Of a stretch of DNA of 64,000 nucleotides, positions 27,801-36,757 are shown piece after piece. This DNA is from Phoronis australis (Eukaryota; Animalia; Phoronida). Each line of letters opens with the position of its first letter. Position 1 is the first letter of the stretch. Position numbers and translations under genes: made by a program. The notes below the pieces were generated by a model. It was not told where the DNA came from and searched no databases. It was given only the letters and a program-made list of their open reading frames with translations. Location of the stretch: assembly GCA_002633005.1 (NCBI GenBank), contig NMRA01000559.1, positions 124,001-188,000 on the forward strand. Direction: 5' to 3'.

Positions 27801-30800
27801 TGTGCGATTATTCTTGGCGAGAGTTGTAGATTGTTGTTCGCCAACAAAAAGCATCGGACAGGTCAACAATTTATGGGGCTGTCCTGTGGCACGGAGCATG
27901 GAATGATATTATTTCATCATAAAACTTCCATGTAGCTGGGTTTATCATTGGTATGTCGCAACGCGCTTGATTATGGACAGAATATCCGTTACTAATTGTG
28001 TGTTTCTAAATGTAGGCTCCCCGGACCATGACCTCTGCATATTTGCAATTGCTTTCGTTGTGATCAATGTTTCACTGCTCTTTAAGCAGTATAGGTCTTG
28101 GCATGGTAGTAGTCAGTGAGGACGGTGCCTGACTCCTCACCTTGCTTTCCAATAGGCTCAAGGTGTGCACTGTTCAACACTACACTGCTTCACCTGACCA
28201 TGAATAACACATTGTTGTCAACAATTTTGATCTGTGTAGCCATTTACCATGTTGTAACGTGCATGTCTCGCCATTGTGAGTTAATTAACTGCGTGTGCTT
28301 AACTCTAGCCCAACCTAATTTCAGATTGGTCCTCGCCCCTAGTTTCGTCAAATTTCTGATTGCGGCAACGACGGTACGTCAATGATTCAACAGCACCCCC
28401 CTGTCAAAAGATGTTTTACTTCTCCGTTGACCCTAGAAAAATTTGGCCAATCAATCAAAATGTGGCCCGTGACCGCCAAAGCTTTTTCTTGACTCGACAC
28501 AAAAGTTAACTAATCGTGTGGCATGCTTTGAATAAGCTTTCAGATTTCATGCAATTCGATCGATTGATTCAAGTTTGGTGGTCACCGGCACTGATCAAGT
28601 GGATCTCTACTTCAGTAAAATGCTAGGTTGTCAGAGACAAGACGGTTCCTAGTTATCTGGTGTTTTACTGAAATTGAATTTTGAAGAATTGGTTATTGGC
28701 AGATCTTTTTTTTCAAAATTGAGGCTTTTTCTTGCAAAGCCCGTTTTATTGTTAATTGCCGACGAATTACTCCTGAAGGTATTACTCTGGAGAAATTTTG
28801 GTGTTGTAATTGAGTACAGTAATTGGTGGTGGCTCCTGGTGGTGGCTGAAAAATTATAGTATTTACTTTGGCCATTTTGGCTGCGTGATGACTTTGTGAA
28901 GTCATTGTGTCAGTTTTGCCTCCTGTTTTGGTTACTTTGAAATTTTATTTGCCTGAAATTCAATTTTACTGGGTTTTGAAGGAAATGGTTTCTTAAATGA
29001 GGTGGCTTATGCTAATACATAAGCATTTCAGAATTTTTTGCTTTTGAAAAAATGAATAGATATTTAAACGTTAAATTACAATGAAATTGTTTGGAATGGA
29101 CCTTTTCATTCATTACAGTGAAAAAGACAATGAGTTTTGTTACATCTCATGCAGCCCATGTTGTAAATTCGCAAAAAATGAGAAAATTTCTTTCATTGAA
29201 TAGTATGGGTTAGGTTGTGTAGGACCATGAGAAAAGTGCAAGTTTGGCTAACTTCGGAACATCATATTTCGGAACCGCCGATTAGATTCATATGAACCTT
29301 TCAGGTAGTAAGTTTTATGCACTGTACTCCACAACTCTGGCATGAATTGGTTTTAAAATGTTCCAATTTTGCATGAAGAGCCATCAAAAATAAGATTTGT
29401 GGTTTTCATGCATAGAACAGAAACTGTAACAGGTTTTTTGAGATAGCTTCTTGAAAATTTATGTCAAATAAAATTTGATTAATGTAATTCATTGTGTTGG
29501 TTAGCTGCCACTATACCTTTTTTGCTAGATTTCACCAAAAAAGACATGGTCACGTGAATTGATTAATGGCGGATTGGTAAAAAGTCAAAATTTAAATTCC
29601 GCTGGTTTTCTACTTTCAGAAAAGGTATACTTTTAATGATTTAAAATCTATTATTTTTAGAAATGACGCTAAATGCGCATACTTGTCCAAGGTCTTACAT
29701 AACCTTAACATGTACTTTAGTGCAGCGTAGTAACTGTGTAGTAGTGTACGCTAAGGTTGTTGGAATTTTAACCTGACTTCAGGTTGGGTCTCTGTTAGGG
29801 TAACTGTTAACCTTAAATACTCTGTTCGTGGCATGCGTCCCTCTTCCCGCTGGTATGTCCACCTGTTCATTGATGTTGCTGGGAAGATTTGATTGCAACG
29901 TCATCAAACAAAGTTAAGATAATTTCAAAATACGTCACTATTTCGTGTTCTTACCCTCTTGCTCATTTGTCGCTTTATCACTGTACACAAACGCACATAT
30001 GACATTACCACCTGAATTCTTTCTCTGGATCACCTTGAAATTTTGTCAAAGAAATAAGTCCATGTAGTCTTGTAATTTCTAAATCTTTAACCAGCTTCTC
30101 CAGCCCTCCCTTATTCCCATCCTAGCGCCATCTGTCGGTTGACAGAAGACTTATTATGCTTGCTTTCTGCATGTGACTGCCACTGCATGTAGCTCAGGCA
30201 CGAGAAACAATTTAGGGATTGGAACACACGAAAAACCTGTGTGTTCGACTTCTGGACGCGATGGCCAGACTCTGTAAATATTAAAGCTGGAAATTGTGTC
30301 ATGACCTTCCTTGTCTCGCAGTGGATTTTTTGTCAGATCGATGCTAAATCCAGTGGCGGATGGAGACCTAGCACTGTACTGGATTTTTTTGTGACTCACA
30401 GCAATTCCGACCTCTGTATTGTTTCTCTGTCCTGCAACTAACCTTTGACCTCTGCTGACATCTGTAAATAGCATACTTGCTATGAGGGAACACATATTGT
30501 TGTGTTGAGTGTTGAGTGTTTTTGTATCATCATGTTTAATGGTCTTAATAAGTTTTCAACTGTTCTCGTTTGTACTTAAAATGGCATTAAACCCATGGTT
30601 CATGTCAAAAAGCAATTAGTTTTAATTTGGGCCACTTACCCTTGCTAGATTGGCCTCGTCTTGTTCTGCTGTCTTTCTTTAGACTGGTCTCTGGGCTTGG
30701 AAGAAATAACGAACTGTCATGTCTTTCCAAGCCCAGAAATCACTCTTATTTTGACTAACAAACAGTTTGAGACCAATTCCATAGTGGTAACTGGCCTTAA

Positions 30801-32372
30801 TCTAAACTCTTAATTATTGTACAGAAAGCTCGATTTAGTGACACTTTAAGAAGTGTAAGTTTTGTTTTTGGACCAAACATTTTTCATTGTGAAGAACAGA
30901 GTTTGACATGTCTACCAGTCAACAGACAACATGTCCTTCATTCTGCGGTGTGTCAGTAATGCATTCGTGCTTGTCTGTGCAAATCAATAAGTCTCAGTAC
31001 AGTGTAACAGTTATGTTCTCCCTGGTGACAACACTGTTCCGGGGGCAACTTTCTCTGCCGTAGTCTGTGTATAAAAGCACTCAGAGACGGCAGACTTTTA
31101 ATTCGAAAACTGCGTAACAGAACATAGTATTCTGTCATTTGAGTGTGGCCTGAAATTGAAAGCTGCGCATTGTCCGAGAAATCGGTTACCATTAGTTACC
31201 TCTCTTCTTTGCATCATTCACATTATTCCCAATTAGTAATTACTTCTACAATCTATAAATCAAATCCCATCTCCCGTTGTTGCCAAGCTTTTTGTCGACA
31301 TTGTGATCACTTCCTGCCATTTGTGTCTTCAGCTGTCAAGGGTGCCAGTCAGCCTCGGTCACAACCCTCCACACCCAAGAAGGAGGCTAAGGCCAGCAAC
31401 AATAAAGGCGTGAGACAACTATCTGCCTCGGCTGGACCCGTTCTGCTCAAACAGTTGGCCGCCATGTCGGTGAAGCCTGATAAAAGTAGTCCCACCAGCA
31501 GCTCCACAGTGACTAGCACTACTAATGCCGTTACTAGTACTAGTAGTCGCGTGACTAACTCTAGTCCTAATGTGACTGCTGTCACTCAGTCTGCTTGCAC
31601 GAGTGAATCTAGTGACATTAAAGTTACTTCTAGTCCTAAGACTGTAGCCGTGTCAAATGTGAGCGTTAGCGTAGCTTCTGCTAGTAGTAGTAAAACTAGC
31701 AATCCTACTACCTGTGTTGTGCCTGCTAGTTATAGCCAGTCATTAGTTACTACTACAGCGGGCTCCAGTTCGTCTACTTCAACTGTGTCGGCTAGCCCAA
31801 GCAGCAAGAATCTCCCGACTACAAATACTAAGACGAACTGCACTGTTACTAGTACTAGCGTTACCACTGCTGTGTCCAGCAATAACCCTGATATCAGCAT
31901 GTCAGCGACTAACTCTAGCACTAGCTCTGTCACTAGCATACTGAAACCAACGCATGAGGCCAGTGTTGGTGTTGGCCAGTGTTCAGCCTATAGCAACAAA
32001 GATGCAAGTGTGCCCACAGGTTCCACCAAGAATGTAGCTTTTTTGACTGGTTCGCTAGTGAGTGCAGACAAAAAACTGACCGTTAGTAAGGTTCCAGCTA
32101 TAAAACAGCCGTTGTTAGGAACGGTAAAGACGAGCAGCTTGCAGACGCGCTTGCAACAGCGCCCTCAGAGTACGCCAGCGAAATCTGTGCTTCAGACGTC
32201 AGCGCAATGTGTTGTTAACTCCCCGGATAAAAGTTCGTTGATTTCTTCTGGTGGAACATTGTTGACAAAGGACCCGAATCAAAACCAACCGAGCACTTTA
32301 GAGGATAGCGTGCAGTCACAGACGACAGAGGCCTCTAGTGTGCGACCTGAAAGACAGCCACGCTTTGTGTGA
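3662..32372 (+). CDS. ARHGAP45: Rho GTPase-activating protein of the ARHGAP45(HMHA1)/ARHGAP29(PARG1)/GMIP family (F-BAR + C1 + RhoGAP), 5' end not found in window
   Basis: join(3662-3805,5605-5686,7276-7339,8268-8340,8844-8981,10159-10223,10813-10857,11074-11139,11612-11692,13420-13593,15192-15386,16345-16481,16806-16921,17474-17671,18346-18500,19201-19395,19803-19940,20982-21166,22187-22267,22736-22817,23624-23769,24776-24933,25586-25732,31333-32372). All introns GT-AG with matching phases; 3905 nt, opening in phase 1. Motifs: AHERLGEVLHILK, FSSSVSEYLMGD, AKAWSRYAKDIMTYVEKR (F-BAR), an 8-ligand C1 domain, GIYRVSG (Arg finger), NLGIVFGPTLLRP, terminal ERQPRFV. The symbol is family-level; this is probably a co-ortholog of all three vertebrate genes. 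Confidence 0.93.
3847..3993. repeat. 38-bp minisatellite, about 3.9 copies
   Basis: Unit gttagcggtgctctctgactgggaggatgttaccacga at 3847, 3885, 3923, 3961. Confidence 0.9.
5605..5686 (+). CDS. RhoGAP gene exon
   Basis: NYDYEDGTSEPTDFYDAIDQLALAFSS; phase 1 to 2. Confidence 0.88.
6175..6524. mobile_element. Non-autonomous TIR element (possibly Harbinger-like MITE)
   Basis: About 30-bp imperfect TIR (agtcccgttcaaatacagacttgccctagaa / ttctagggtaaatctgtgtgtgaacggcacg), TTA/TAA flanks; related fragment at about 547-595. Confidence 0.6.
6832..7070. mobile_element. Palindromic MITE family copy (ttggtctcaaattg...aattgagaccaa)
   Basis: Related copies with the shared core gtcacg-cgtgtcattt...ggtctc...aataacgaactg at about 9230-9380, 30640-30795, 43160-43340, 44160-44245, 48940-49125 and 54810-55055. 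Confidence 0.7.
7276..7339 (+). CDS. RhoGAP gene exon
   Basis: SVSEYLMGDVEASYTPTLGKTR; ttttcag / gtgaga. Confidence 0.88.
7679..8178. mobile_element. Non-autonomous hAT-like element
   Basis: 13-bp perfect TIR CAGGGCTTGGAAT / ATTCCAAGCCCTG; TATTAT on both flanks. Confidence 0.7.
8268..8340 (+). CDS. RhoGAP gene exon
   Basis: SDENLSSMYSEDTGLSVEPSTKTT; ccacag / gtacgg; phase 0 to 1. Confidence 0.82.
8634..8685. mobile_element. 52-bp TTAA-flanked mini-element (Kolobok-type AG...CT termini)
   Basis: ttaa-AGGGGTCCC...GGGACCCCT-ttaa. Confidence 0.55.
8844..8981 (+). CDS. RhoGAP gene exon (start of F-BAR)
   Basis: GVLTPAEIDSVLLKLESGVDLALQRAKAWSRYAKDIMTYVEKRALL. Confidence 0.92.
9717..9759 (-). 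ncRNA. Minimal type I hammerhead ribozyme motif (degenerate)
   Basis: Minus strand reads ctt CTGATGA c GGTGTTT tcagt AAACGCC GAAAC at TTC aag. Confidence 0.55.
9894..9935 (+). ncRNA. Minimal type I hammerhead ribozyme motif (degenerate)
   Basis: ctt CTGATGg t GGTGTTT caat AAGTGCC GAAAC at GTC aat. Confidence 0.5.
10159..10223 (+). CDS. RhoGAP gene exon (F-BAR)
   Basis: EVDYAKNISKLAQTMRPIVTEE. Confidence 0.9.
10270..10470 (-). mobile_element. Possible decayed SINE remnant
   Basis: Contains gctggtagcttatttatacagc...tgttttgttcaaggac, resembling from memory the antisense core of invertebrate tRNA-derived SINEs; not verifiable here. Confidence 0.3.
10813..10857 (+). CDS. RhoGAP gene exon (F-BAR, 45 nt)
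   Basis: SFLPFQSIYCTAMDH; tttcag / gtgagt. Confidence 0.88.
11074..11139 (+). CDS. RhoGAP gene exon (F-BAR)
   Basis: DADYAVSSQATSNLIQTQKFLE. Confidence 0.88.
11612..11692 (+). CDS. RhoGAP gene exon (F-BAR)
   Basis: PLNLRRNEHDKARKQIKDNWMRELKKM. Confidence 0.9.
13056..13339. mobile_element. MITE with imperfect TIR (cctggggtccatttcatgaaaa / ttttcatgaaacaaacccctgg)
   Basis: Terminal inverted match; similar design to the 35544-35810 element. Confidence 0.55.
13420..13593 (+). CDS. RhoGAP gene exon (F-BAR)
   Basis: QDAVGNLRKARSLYIQRQQEYEKAK...KRKAEDDAMHR. Confidence 0.92.
15192..15386 (+). CDS. RhoGAP gene exon (F-BAR)
   Basis: ALEAETTYKACVMEANMRQ...QHMVTAPAPVQ. Confidence 0.92.
16345..16481 (+). 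CDS. RhoGAP gene exon (end of F-BAR region)
   Basis: NQTLCESSRLYEPGAQYAEYVRRLP...FEPFVPER. Confidence 0.9.
16806..16921 (+). CDS. RhoGAP gene exon (Ser-rich linker)
   Basis: LSSQQGRKRSSQSTESRD...SPGKQK; phase 2 to 1. Confidence 0.82.
17474..17671 (+). CDS. RhoGAP gene exon (Ser-rich linker)
   Basis: GTPRSSQPIKAWGQPGVESSESES...GGVSNR; donor A|gtatgt inferred. Confidence 0.8.
18346..18500 (+). CDS. RhoGAP gene exon (C1 domain, first half)
   Basis: FRGTLLSKTASTHTWLRRLKAPSVCRECKSYVYFNGAECKE. Confidence 0.92.
19201..19395 (+). CDS. RhoGAP gene exon (C1 end, RhoGAP start)
   Basis: CGVTCHRKCLESLDLPC...TFGVDF...IPKLVSKCVAEIDKRGMDVK. Confidence 0.93.
19358..19560 (+). repeat. 49-bp minisatellite spanning an exon/intron junction, 4 copies
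   Basis: Donor-like GT at 19396, 19445, 19494 and 19543, exactly 49 bp apart; unit approximates gtgtggcggagatagacaagaggggaatggatgtcaag|gtagagtaaat. Confidence 0.85.
19803..19940 (+). CDS. RhoGAP gene exon (arginine finger)
   Basis: GIYRVSGVKSRVEKLCQSFE...VANVLKLYLRQ. Confidence 0.95.
20982..21166 (+). CDS. RhoGAP gene exon
   Basis: LPEPLLIIKLYSDFIGVAK...LPKANYRTLAVIMHHLLR. Confidence 0.94.
22187..22267 (+). CDS. RhoGAP gene exon
   Basis: VTAHEATNQMNSTNLGIVFGPTLLRP. Confidence 0.94.
22736..22817 (+). CDS. RhoGAP gene exon
   Basis: SEGTASLSSLMDTPHQTRAIEIMITSAE. Confidence 0.92.
23624..23769 (+). CDS. RhoGAP gene exon (domain end, tail start)
   Basis: EIFGATGMSQPQ...SAPKLV; the donor region GTGTAAGT offers two GT sites (after 23767 or after 23769). 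Confidence 0.85.
24248..24306 (+). CDS. Candidate alternative exon of the RhoGAP gene
   Basis: tttcccaaaag acceptor, tc|gtaggt donor; open as EQKRMKQEFFERQNPHFHTS only if the upstream donor after 23767 is used. Confidence 0.4.
24776..24933 (+). CDS. RhoGAP gene tail exon
   Basis: PAESLDLMEDIMRTINKSD...DEPSQ; phase 2 to 1; an internal in-phase donor is also possible after 24891. Confidence 0.8.
25272..25313 (+). CDS. Candidate 42-nt cassette exon of the RhoGAP gene
   Basis: ttttcacag acceptor, aag|gtattt donor, symmetric phase 1-1, open as EQCRHVALHAINRK. Confidence 0.45.
25586..25732 (+). CDS. RhoGAP gene tail exon (acidic)
   Basis: DGATEDLSSDEDDELPDALLPDD...LSLAPQ; phase 1-1. Confidence 0.8.
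26450..26770. repeat. Degenerate tandem repeat of about 86 bp, about 3.5 copies
   Basis: aactRacaccaSttgatgttg recurs at about 26533, 26618 and 26705. Confidence 0.7.
31333..32372 (+). CDS. RhoGAP gene terminal exon, Ser/Thr-rich, ending in a PDZ-binding motif
   Basis: tcttcag acceptor in phase 1 joins the frame of the 409-aa ORF; ends RPERQPRFV*, similar to the C-termini of ARHGAP45 (ERQPEFV) and ARHGAP29 (PQFV) as recalled. Confidence 0.9.
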
Positions 32373-35300
32373 AGGACAAAAATAGCGGCCATGTTGGCAT
32401 GCATTTGTTTGAAAATTGAATATTGGTTAAATGTGTTGGTTATGTAGTTGAAGCGTGAGGTACAATCATGGAGGAATTCTGAATATTCTCGCAGAATGTT
32501 TTCCTTTTGCATGCAGTAGGTGATTGTTAGCCTCAGAAATGTATAAGCTATACTGCTCTGTTTTGTTGTTCAGTCATAGGTGGCTGACTAGGTGATCATG
32601 TGATGGATATATATATTTACAGAAGATTGTTGATCGTTTGTAAGTTGAAGTAGATCTTATTTCTAATGTGTTGATGCAGAAACTGTTAATTTATATATCG
32701 AAAATTTTTGCAATTGTTGATAGAAAGGGTGCAGTAATACCTTTTATTGCCATGTGAGCATTTAATTATAACATAGGTCTGCTTTGAAAAGAATGATTTT
32801 TACATGTCCTGTCACCAGGCGGCGCCAGTTTGTGGTTATGTAATGTAATGCTGTGTTTACTTGAAATCTAATTTTGTAATTGAGTTATCAACCAATGTTA
32901 TCATCAGCTTATCTATCTACACTATCAACTGGAAAATTCCATTAGAGGAATTGGGTCCGTGGAACAGGGATCTTGGTGTTCTTAAAATAGTGTTGGTGTT
33001 CCACATGTGTTGATACCCTACCTGCAAGAGTAAGTATTGGGGAATGCGCGGGGGTCTCTTTAGTGTAGGCCCAGGCCTTCCCACCAGTACTGCAGAGGGC
33101 ATGTTAAAGGTTTATGGCCATTATCATTTTAGAATTCTAGTCCACAAAAATGTAGTTTATCTAATGAATGCTGTGTCACATTGGTCTGTGAGTAGGTTCA
33201 ATGTACTTCTGGAACCGATGTTGAAGTTTACTGGGTCCCCATGTGCAGTCTATATTTGATTGGGGAATCCTGGCATTGATTGGATAACTGGTCTGTGTGT
33301 TGGCATTCAAATACAGGCCGGTGCCAAGGTTTTCCTTAGTGGGATGCAGTGGTGTGTTAGCTCCAGCCCTTTTGGCAGTATCACTTGCCACGTGGGTATA
33401 CATCAAAAGGTTTATGGGGTGCTGTGATTGGCTGGGTGTGCAGGGATGTGTGTTGACAGCTAACCACCACCTGGCTTATGTACTTTTCCATGGACTTAAC
33501 TATGGTGGGATCTCTTGGAAATCCCTTTGCGATTTCGAAAGAGTTGATGCCTCAAATATCCAAGGGGTCCCCATTCAGGTCTGGATTGACTGCCTGTGCA
33601 AGTCCCCGCTTTTGAGCTGCCTGGTATGGCCTGTGTGTTTCTTTTTGGCTCCTGGTTCATCCACTATGTCATGATAGGTGCAGGTGTCCCTGTATGTTGT
33701 TGAATCATCCACCCTGTTAATACCAAAAACTATATTTTATAACTTATTTTTCATAAGGATGAGTGGTATGTTGAATCCGAATTTTGTTCTGGTCAGTTAG
33801 TATTTTGTATGCTGTGTTTGCAATACAGGGTCTATTCAGGGTTAATTTGTTATAGAACGTTATCAAGGTGGTAGGCTAAGTGTGAAGCATCTAGTCGACA
33901 TTGTAGCTTTAAATCGTGTATATGGCATGTATATAGATCGGTTCCCACCGTCACTGCTAACTTATAATTTGTCATTATACTCGCCTGTTGTGCTCTGCAG
34001 ATTTCGCGTTTGTTGCGACTAAGTAACATTTGGGTTATGTTCATTAGTAAGTCTTCATCTTTTTAGCATAAAACGTGGCGGACAAGTTGAATTGTACTTT
34101 GTCCAGTTATTCACCCATAGCTATGAAATGAATTTTACCCGGATGTTAGTGTAGTTTGTACTGAACGTACAGATTTCAAAACAAAGTTTGGTGAAAATTT
34201 GCTTGCTATTCGTTTTTGTGCTAAATAGACTGAAGAATGTGTGAAATTAAGCTGTGGTGGGGTTGGTCATTTCTTTGATGTTGTCTGTAGATTAATCGTC
34301 AAGTACTTGAGCTTTCTCCAGAGAGTGGTTGGGCACTTCGGCCTTGTGGAAACATGATACCAAGGAGTGTAGAAGTATTCTTCTACTCTCCTTGGTGATA
34401 TCTTGACAACGGGGGTGCGTTCCATAAACGCAAGAAACTCGCCAAAAAGCAAGATCGCACAAAACACATAAGATAACCCGAGCGTTACGCGAGTGTGCCC
34501 GGACTTCACTAACGTACCTTAACAAAATGGCAATCACTGACGGGATTCGTCGGTGAGGTTGGTATGTTGAATTCTGGGATATAGTTCAATGTTTCCGTGC
34601 CCTAATCGATAGATTTCTCACCCTAGTTCTCCGTTTCCGTTCCATGACCGAAGATTTCTCTCCGCAAGTGCTTCGTTAGTGTCTTTGGTTTACGGAACGC
34701 AGCCCAGAGCCTCTCAAAACTCGTCTTTCGATGTGTGGTTGAATTTTTCCTTGCCCAGATTCAGCGATTCAGTAGGGTAACTCGTGTACTTATAATGTAT
34801 GTTCAGTTAGCCATGAGCAAGGTTCTGGCTTCCGATAGGCTGTTGGCACATTTTTGTAGTTTTGACCACATACTCCTCGATCATAACCTTGTAGGTACGT
34901 GTTAAGAATTCCATGTTGCTGTTTGCTACTTCCTCCATTTCATAGATGTATTTGAGAATTTGTCACTATTTATGTCCGTTTTTTGCATGAAGTATACATT
35001 ATCTAAAAGCCACATTGCAGTGCCCATCTTAAAACACGGTTGTCTGTTCACGTTAGAGCCGATGATTTTAAAGTGGACGAGATATCGTTCCTAATTTCGC
35101 GCAGTTTTCTCAGTGGACCGAATAGAATTCATTGATTGCTTCTGATGCTAAATTCGGAGCCTTGTCATTAATTTTGGTTTGACGTCGTTGGCGATTTTGG
35201 TTACGCGTTGGCGATTTTGATTTTATCTGATAATCGCTGTGCTTGGCTTCAAGAGGTAGTATGCCAAGTTGCCATGTTTACTAAACGTGGATAATGCAGT

Positions 35301-35543
35301 GTTACCAAAATGAATGCTATCTAGCATTATAGAAAATAGATGTTAGTAACCGATCTTTAAAAATGAACGAATTCGCTGTGCTCGAGTTGGCGTAATGCTC
35401 TAATTGGTCGTTATCTGGCAAGACATGCAGATCCGGAATACCTCGGGTATTTTCGTAGCCTCGAGGGATACTTTGAGGTCCCGAAAATACTCCGGGTGTA
35501 CCCTGTGAGTCTGATAATTATGTGTTAGCATGAAGAAATGTAG

Positions 35544-35810
35544 TCCAGGACCCGTGCCGAGAAATCAGCTTAAATTCAATTTGATTTGTCAACCTCCAAA
35601 CTTTGAGACTTCCACATCCGGTAGGTTATGTTAAAATTTAAGTCAAAAATCCAGTCAAAATTTTAAGTTAAAAATTTAAGTCAAAAATTTAAGTCAAACT
35701 TAAGATCACTTTCTTCGTATTGACTTAAGACAAGTAGAAGTTTCAACTTAAAATCGATTCCAATGTAAGATTTGTCTTGGCTAAGTCAGTTTTCTTGGAA
35801 CGGGGCCCAG
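35544..35810. mobile_element. MITE with internal (ttaagtcaaaaat)n subrepeats
   Basis: Imperfect TIR ccaggacccgtgccgagaaatcag / cagttttcttggaacggggcccagg; subrepeats at 35635-35705. Confidence 0.6.
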
Positions 35811-36599
35811 GACTTCGGCTCATCCATTACCCGAGCTGTAAATTTCTCGTTTCGTTTGCAAGTTGTTGGTCCAATAAGAATGCATTGAGCCGTTGACGTC
35901 AGTCGGAACATGTAACATGGGGCCTTTTCCGTAACGCTTGATGCTCTCAAGTGAGCTTGGGACGTCACGTTCTTCCCTTGTAATTTACGGCGATGTCTCG
36001 CGAAGACTTGCGTGATCTCTCCAAAATCACGGGAAACTAGCGTTACTGAGCGCAACCTGGTTACTCTTTCTGGTGTCGAATTTTCCCGTTATAGCAATCA
36101 ATTGGTGAACTCTATTCGGTTCATTCCCTCGTTATGTGTAGTTAGGAAGAGTATCTCGTGTGAAACCAACAAAGAGTTGCACCCCAAAACGTGTACTAAA
36201 ATATTGGTTTTTAAAGGGGCTGCTGCATGGGTTTTAAAGTTCCTGTTATCGTGATGTTATTTAGTAGTACTGAAATTTCTGCATACCGCCGTCCACAAAT
36301 GTATACCGAGATTTTTATTAAAATTCAGTACGAATGATACTCGTGAGCGCATATTGCGGCGGTTTGCGAGTGTCTTACCTAAAGTGCATTTATTGATTAT
36401 GTCAGTATTGTCAAGTTGTTGAACTGTTGGGCGATGTCCCGTTGTTAGTCAAAATTACGAGTGGCCAAACCGCAGTGGATTGAAAACAGATGCCACTGAG
36501 CTTTATCATACTTGTGACTGCATTTGGTTTACTCAGTCGGATCAACCGATCAAGGCATCTGATTTGTTTGAAATACGGAAGTCGTCGTCGAGAGCAAAT

Positions 36600-36757
36600 C
36601 AGCCTCCCGTTCAGTAACGCTAGGACCTCGCTAAAAAGCAAGACTTCGCGAGATTTCGCGAGTTATTGTGGTGTATTTTAAATGAGAACACGTGACTTTG
36701 ACTAGGTTCTAGGTCCTGGCGTAGGTCCTAGCGTCTACTGCCGGAACACACGCCAGA
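36600..36757. mobile_element. MITE family of about 155 bp (cagcctcccgttcagtaacgctaggacct...)
   Basis: Further copies at 56734-56890 (same orientation) and about 44065-44153 (inverted, partial); shared core gcaagacttcgcg...gagaacacgtgactttg. Confidence 0.75.

Noticed and set aside
30198-30277. Possible extra RhoGAP tail exon (GTRNNLGIGTHEKP...)
   Set aside because: Weak acceptor, and it ends in a stop or an incompatible phase; no supporting similarity.
31143-32372. Stand-alone 409-aa mucin-like gene
   Set aside because: Starts at GTG inside an intron, has no signal peptide, and is better explained as the terminal exon of the RhoGAP gene.
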